Assembly: GCA_964199315.1 (NCBI GenBank)
Contig: OZ116703.1
Coordinates: 18,538,001 to 18,602,000, forward strand
From: Orbicella franksi
Lineage: Eukaryota
DNA length: 64,000 nucleotides
Direction: 5' to 3'
The notes under the pieces were generated by a model. It was not told where the DNA came from. It saw only the letters and a program-made list of their open reading frames with translations, and did not search any database. Within the stretch, counting starts at the first letter, position 1. The number at the start of each line of letters is the position of its first letter. This document shows positions 61,544-64,000 of the stretch, in pieces. A program made the position numbers and the translations under genes.

Positions 61544-64000
61544 CCTAATTTGGCAATGTAGTTACCGCGCGGGTCAGGCCTGTTATGCGCAGCCTCGGGC
61601 GAGTTTCTTCAAAACCAAGCCCGCCTGACCTGTAAAACCAATTTAACATTCAGTGAGCCTTATAGCAAAATGCTGATTTCGCACAGATGGTTCCACAATC
61701 GTGGTCAAATTTAGTTGGAATATGTTTATTTCCTCAGTGAAACGTCTTTTAATGTCCTTATTGCTTCACTAGAATGCTTACACTAGTCATGCAAGAGAGG
61801 CAACTGAAATTATCCGCAGAGGTCGTTTAAACTGAATTTACGAAGTTCTTGGGTTTCAGCAACGGGGCCTTTCGTCGCGGATTAGTCAAGGAAACTGAGC
61901 CTAATGGTTTGACTAATGAGTTAGCTTTAATTTTCCTTAAAATGTAAAACTCTCTTTTAAGTTTACCTGAAACAGTCTCCAAATGCAATACCAGGCGAAA
62001 ACGTCACTAATTATGCAAAAGTAGGAAAGAAAGAGTCTTCGTCCTAACAGGAAAGTTATACAAAGGTCAGTGAACAGGTTGTGTCCTGAACTTTGTCGGA
62101 AAAATAGCCCAGTTGTTCAGTGAAATGAACTAATTCTTCGCAACTGAACTGTTTGCGTGTCAGATTCACGAGATAACTGAGGAGCCACAAATTAGAACTG
62201 GCATCTTCTTTAGCTAAATTTCTGCTAGCACATCTTGAATGTACTCGGCTACGAATTCTATCATTTCTTTCTAACATATGCTTTCTTTGAAGCTGACAAA
62301 AATAAAAGATTGATTTCCCGTTTCAGAAAGTATTTTACTGCGGTATGTGAATAACACAATGAGTACTTCATATTGAAATTTCATCTAGAAAGAGAAGACA
62401 GTTTCTGGAAATGGTCGATAAGTACAACTCTCAGGATCATGTTTTGGCTGATGAGGATACGGACAAACTGAAAAAATATAAACACTGATATGCAATATGT
62501 GTGTCTGGTGTATATTTTCACTGTCTGTTTCTATTTTACGGGTCCGCAATGAACGAAGCTCTCTGTTGATGTGCTTTGTCTTTTCAAAATGGCCCAAATT
62601 GGTTGGAAGTAGAACACAAAGGCACTTCTTTAGTAAAAGCTTTTATTAGTATCAAGAGAGCAGAAAACCCGAACCAGAAACAACTTGACAAGCTGTAAAT
62701 ATGGGTGTTCATCTTTTGTTTATAAATACAATCTTTTAATTTTTGTCTCGCTAACCGCTCGCTATGATTGGTCCGTGTGACATTTTTCGCGTGTTTTGTT
62801 GAAGGGCTTTCGAGTAGCGCTCTTGATAGTCTCCGACCTCTGAGAGATTGACATGTAATAAGGGCACTAAACGAAGTGAACTCAAAGCTTGATAAATTTT
62901 GCCAGGGAGATTTGCGACGCTGTCCCATGTTTTCCATCCAGTGTGGGCTTGTTGCTGGAAGGTAAGAACTCATAATGTCTTATAAGATCTGCTTCTGACA
63001 GCATTTCAGTGTGAATAGCGAAGTAATATCGCGTATCACATCCTCGGACCAGGCTGCAGAACACAAATTTTGTGATCGATCGTCACGCGAAAACTGGTGC
63101 ACACATGTTTGTTGGTTAGGCATGTTTAGCTATGCCATTGGACGCAGAAATAGGTTAAGTCCTTGGAAATTTAAACCTGCGTCGAAAGCAACGGTGAAAC
63201 ATTTGGTGGAAGTTAATTTCTATGCCATTTACGAATGGGACAGTTCCATTAGTGGTCGGTCACACAAACAGGTCGGTTGATAGTAGTTATGTCATTTCTA
63301 GTCTAAATAAGCATACAAAAACAGCCTTCTGTGGAGAGGAGCTTTTACGATTGTTGAAAGACTTGGAATTTAAAATCATCATAGAGAATCAGTGTCTATA
63401 AATATCGACCGCTGAGTGTGTTGAAAGTAAGAAAGCCAAATCATAGCACATTGCCCTTGAAAATGGTCAGATGATTGAATTTATGGCTTTTAATTCGCTT
63501 TTACTAACACATTAAGAGCCTTAAACTACGCTTTTAAGTCTTCATACTGTCTTCATACTCTGGTGTTAAGAGGTAGTCTTTCGAATATATTTTTATTAAG
63601 CGCATTTAGTCAAAACATATCGCTTAACAGCCCAATCTTCTTAGCTTTTTTAACACGCGCGCTCGATTAGTTTCGATGAACTATTTTTCCGGCATACGGT
63701 TGATGGTCGTTGATCCGGTACATATTATAATAACATATCGTCGTGCTTTGCACACTGGTAAACAACTGTTTATGGGAAGAAGAAAAAAACAAACTATCAA
63801 ACTGTTTTGGCACTTTCTGATAAAGGAATTTCTTTTAGGAGAAAAAAAAAAAGGTCGCGAGCAAAGAAATCAGCCGGCTCGGCCGACCTCAGCTGACATT
63901 GAATGTCAAGTTATGTCTGTTTCTTCAAGTTCACTCTGCTAGAATCGCAAGAAATGCAGAGAAACGGCCAAGGAAGCGAGAGTTTCTATGTTATATGCAT

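Noticed and set aside
62385-63280. Several ORFs and candidate splice sites near the window end
   Set aside because: No consistent exon chain or recognisable protein on either strand.
1-64000. CRISPR arrays, rRNA, intact tRNA genes, autonomous transposases
   Set aside because: None seen. Repeats are eukaryotic MITE/SINE/microsatellite types, and the tRNA-like boxes occur only within SINE-like elements.

Overview
Animal genomic DNA with spliceosomal introns and abundant MITEs/SINEs. Gene and repeat content suggest a cnidarian, probably a stony coral (inference). The left 26 kb holds three well-supported genes: (1) a 1,641+ aa DEAH RNA helicase fused to RRM/KH-like modules and a complete RBR (RING1-IBR-Rcat) E3 ligase, encoded almost wholly in one ~5 kb exon (plant DEAH11/12-type architecture); (2) a 3-exon ZNF598 (661 aa, minus strand); (3) a 20-exon UQCRC2 (473 aa, plus strand), head-to-head with ZNF598 across a 300 bp promoter. 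The right 38 kb is repeat-rich. It contains two two-exon genes, not resolved by the ORF track, for small secreted proteins with a stand-alone anaphylatoxin-like CC-C-C-CC motif (32.0-32.6 kb and 51.2-52.5 kb). It also contains an intronless class A GPCR pseudogene and a rearranged RLE-type LINE remnant bounded by a perfect 34-bp inverted repeat. The best candidates for undescribed biology are the helicase-RBR fusion and the secreted anaphylatoxin-like pair. All calls were made by eye; no database search was run.
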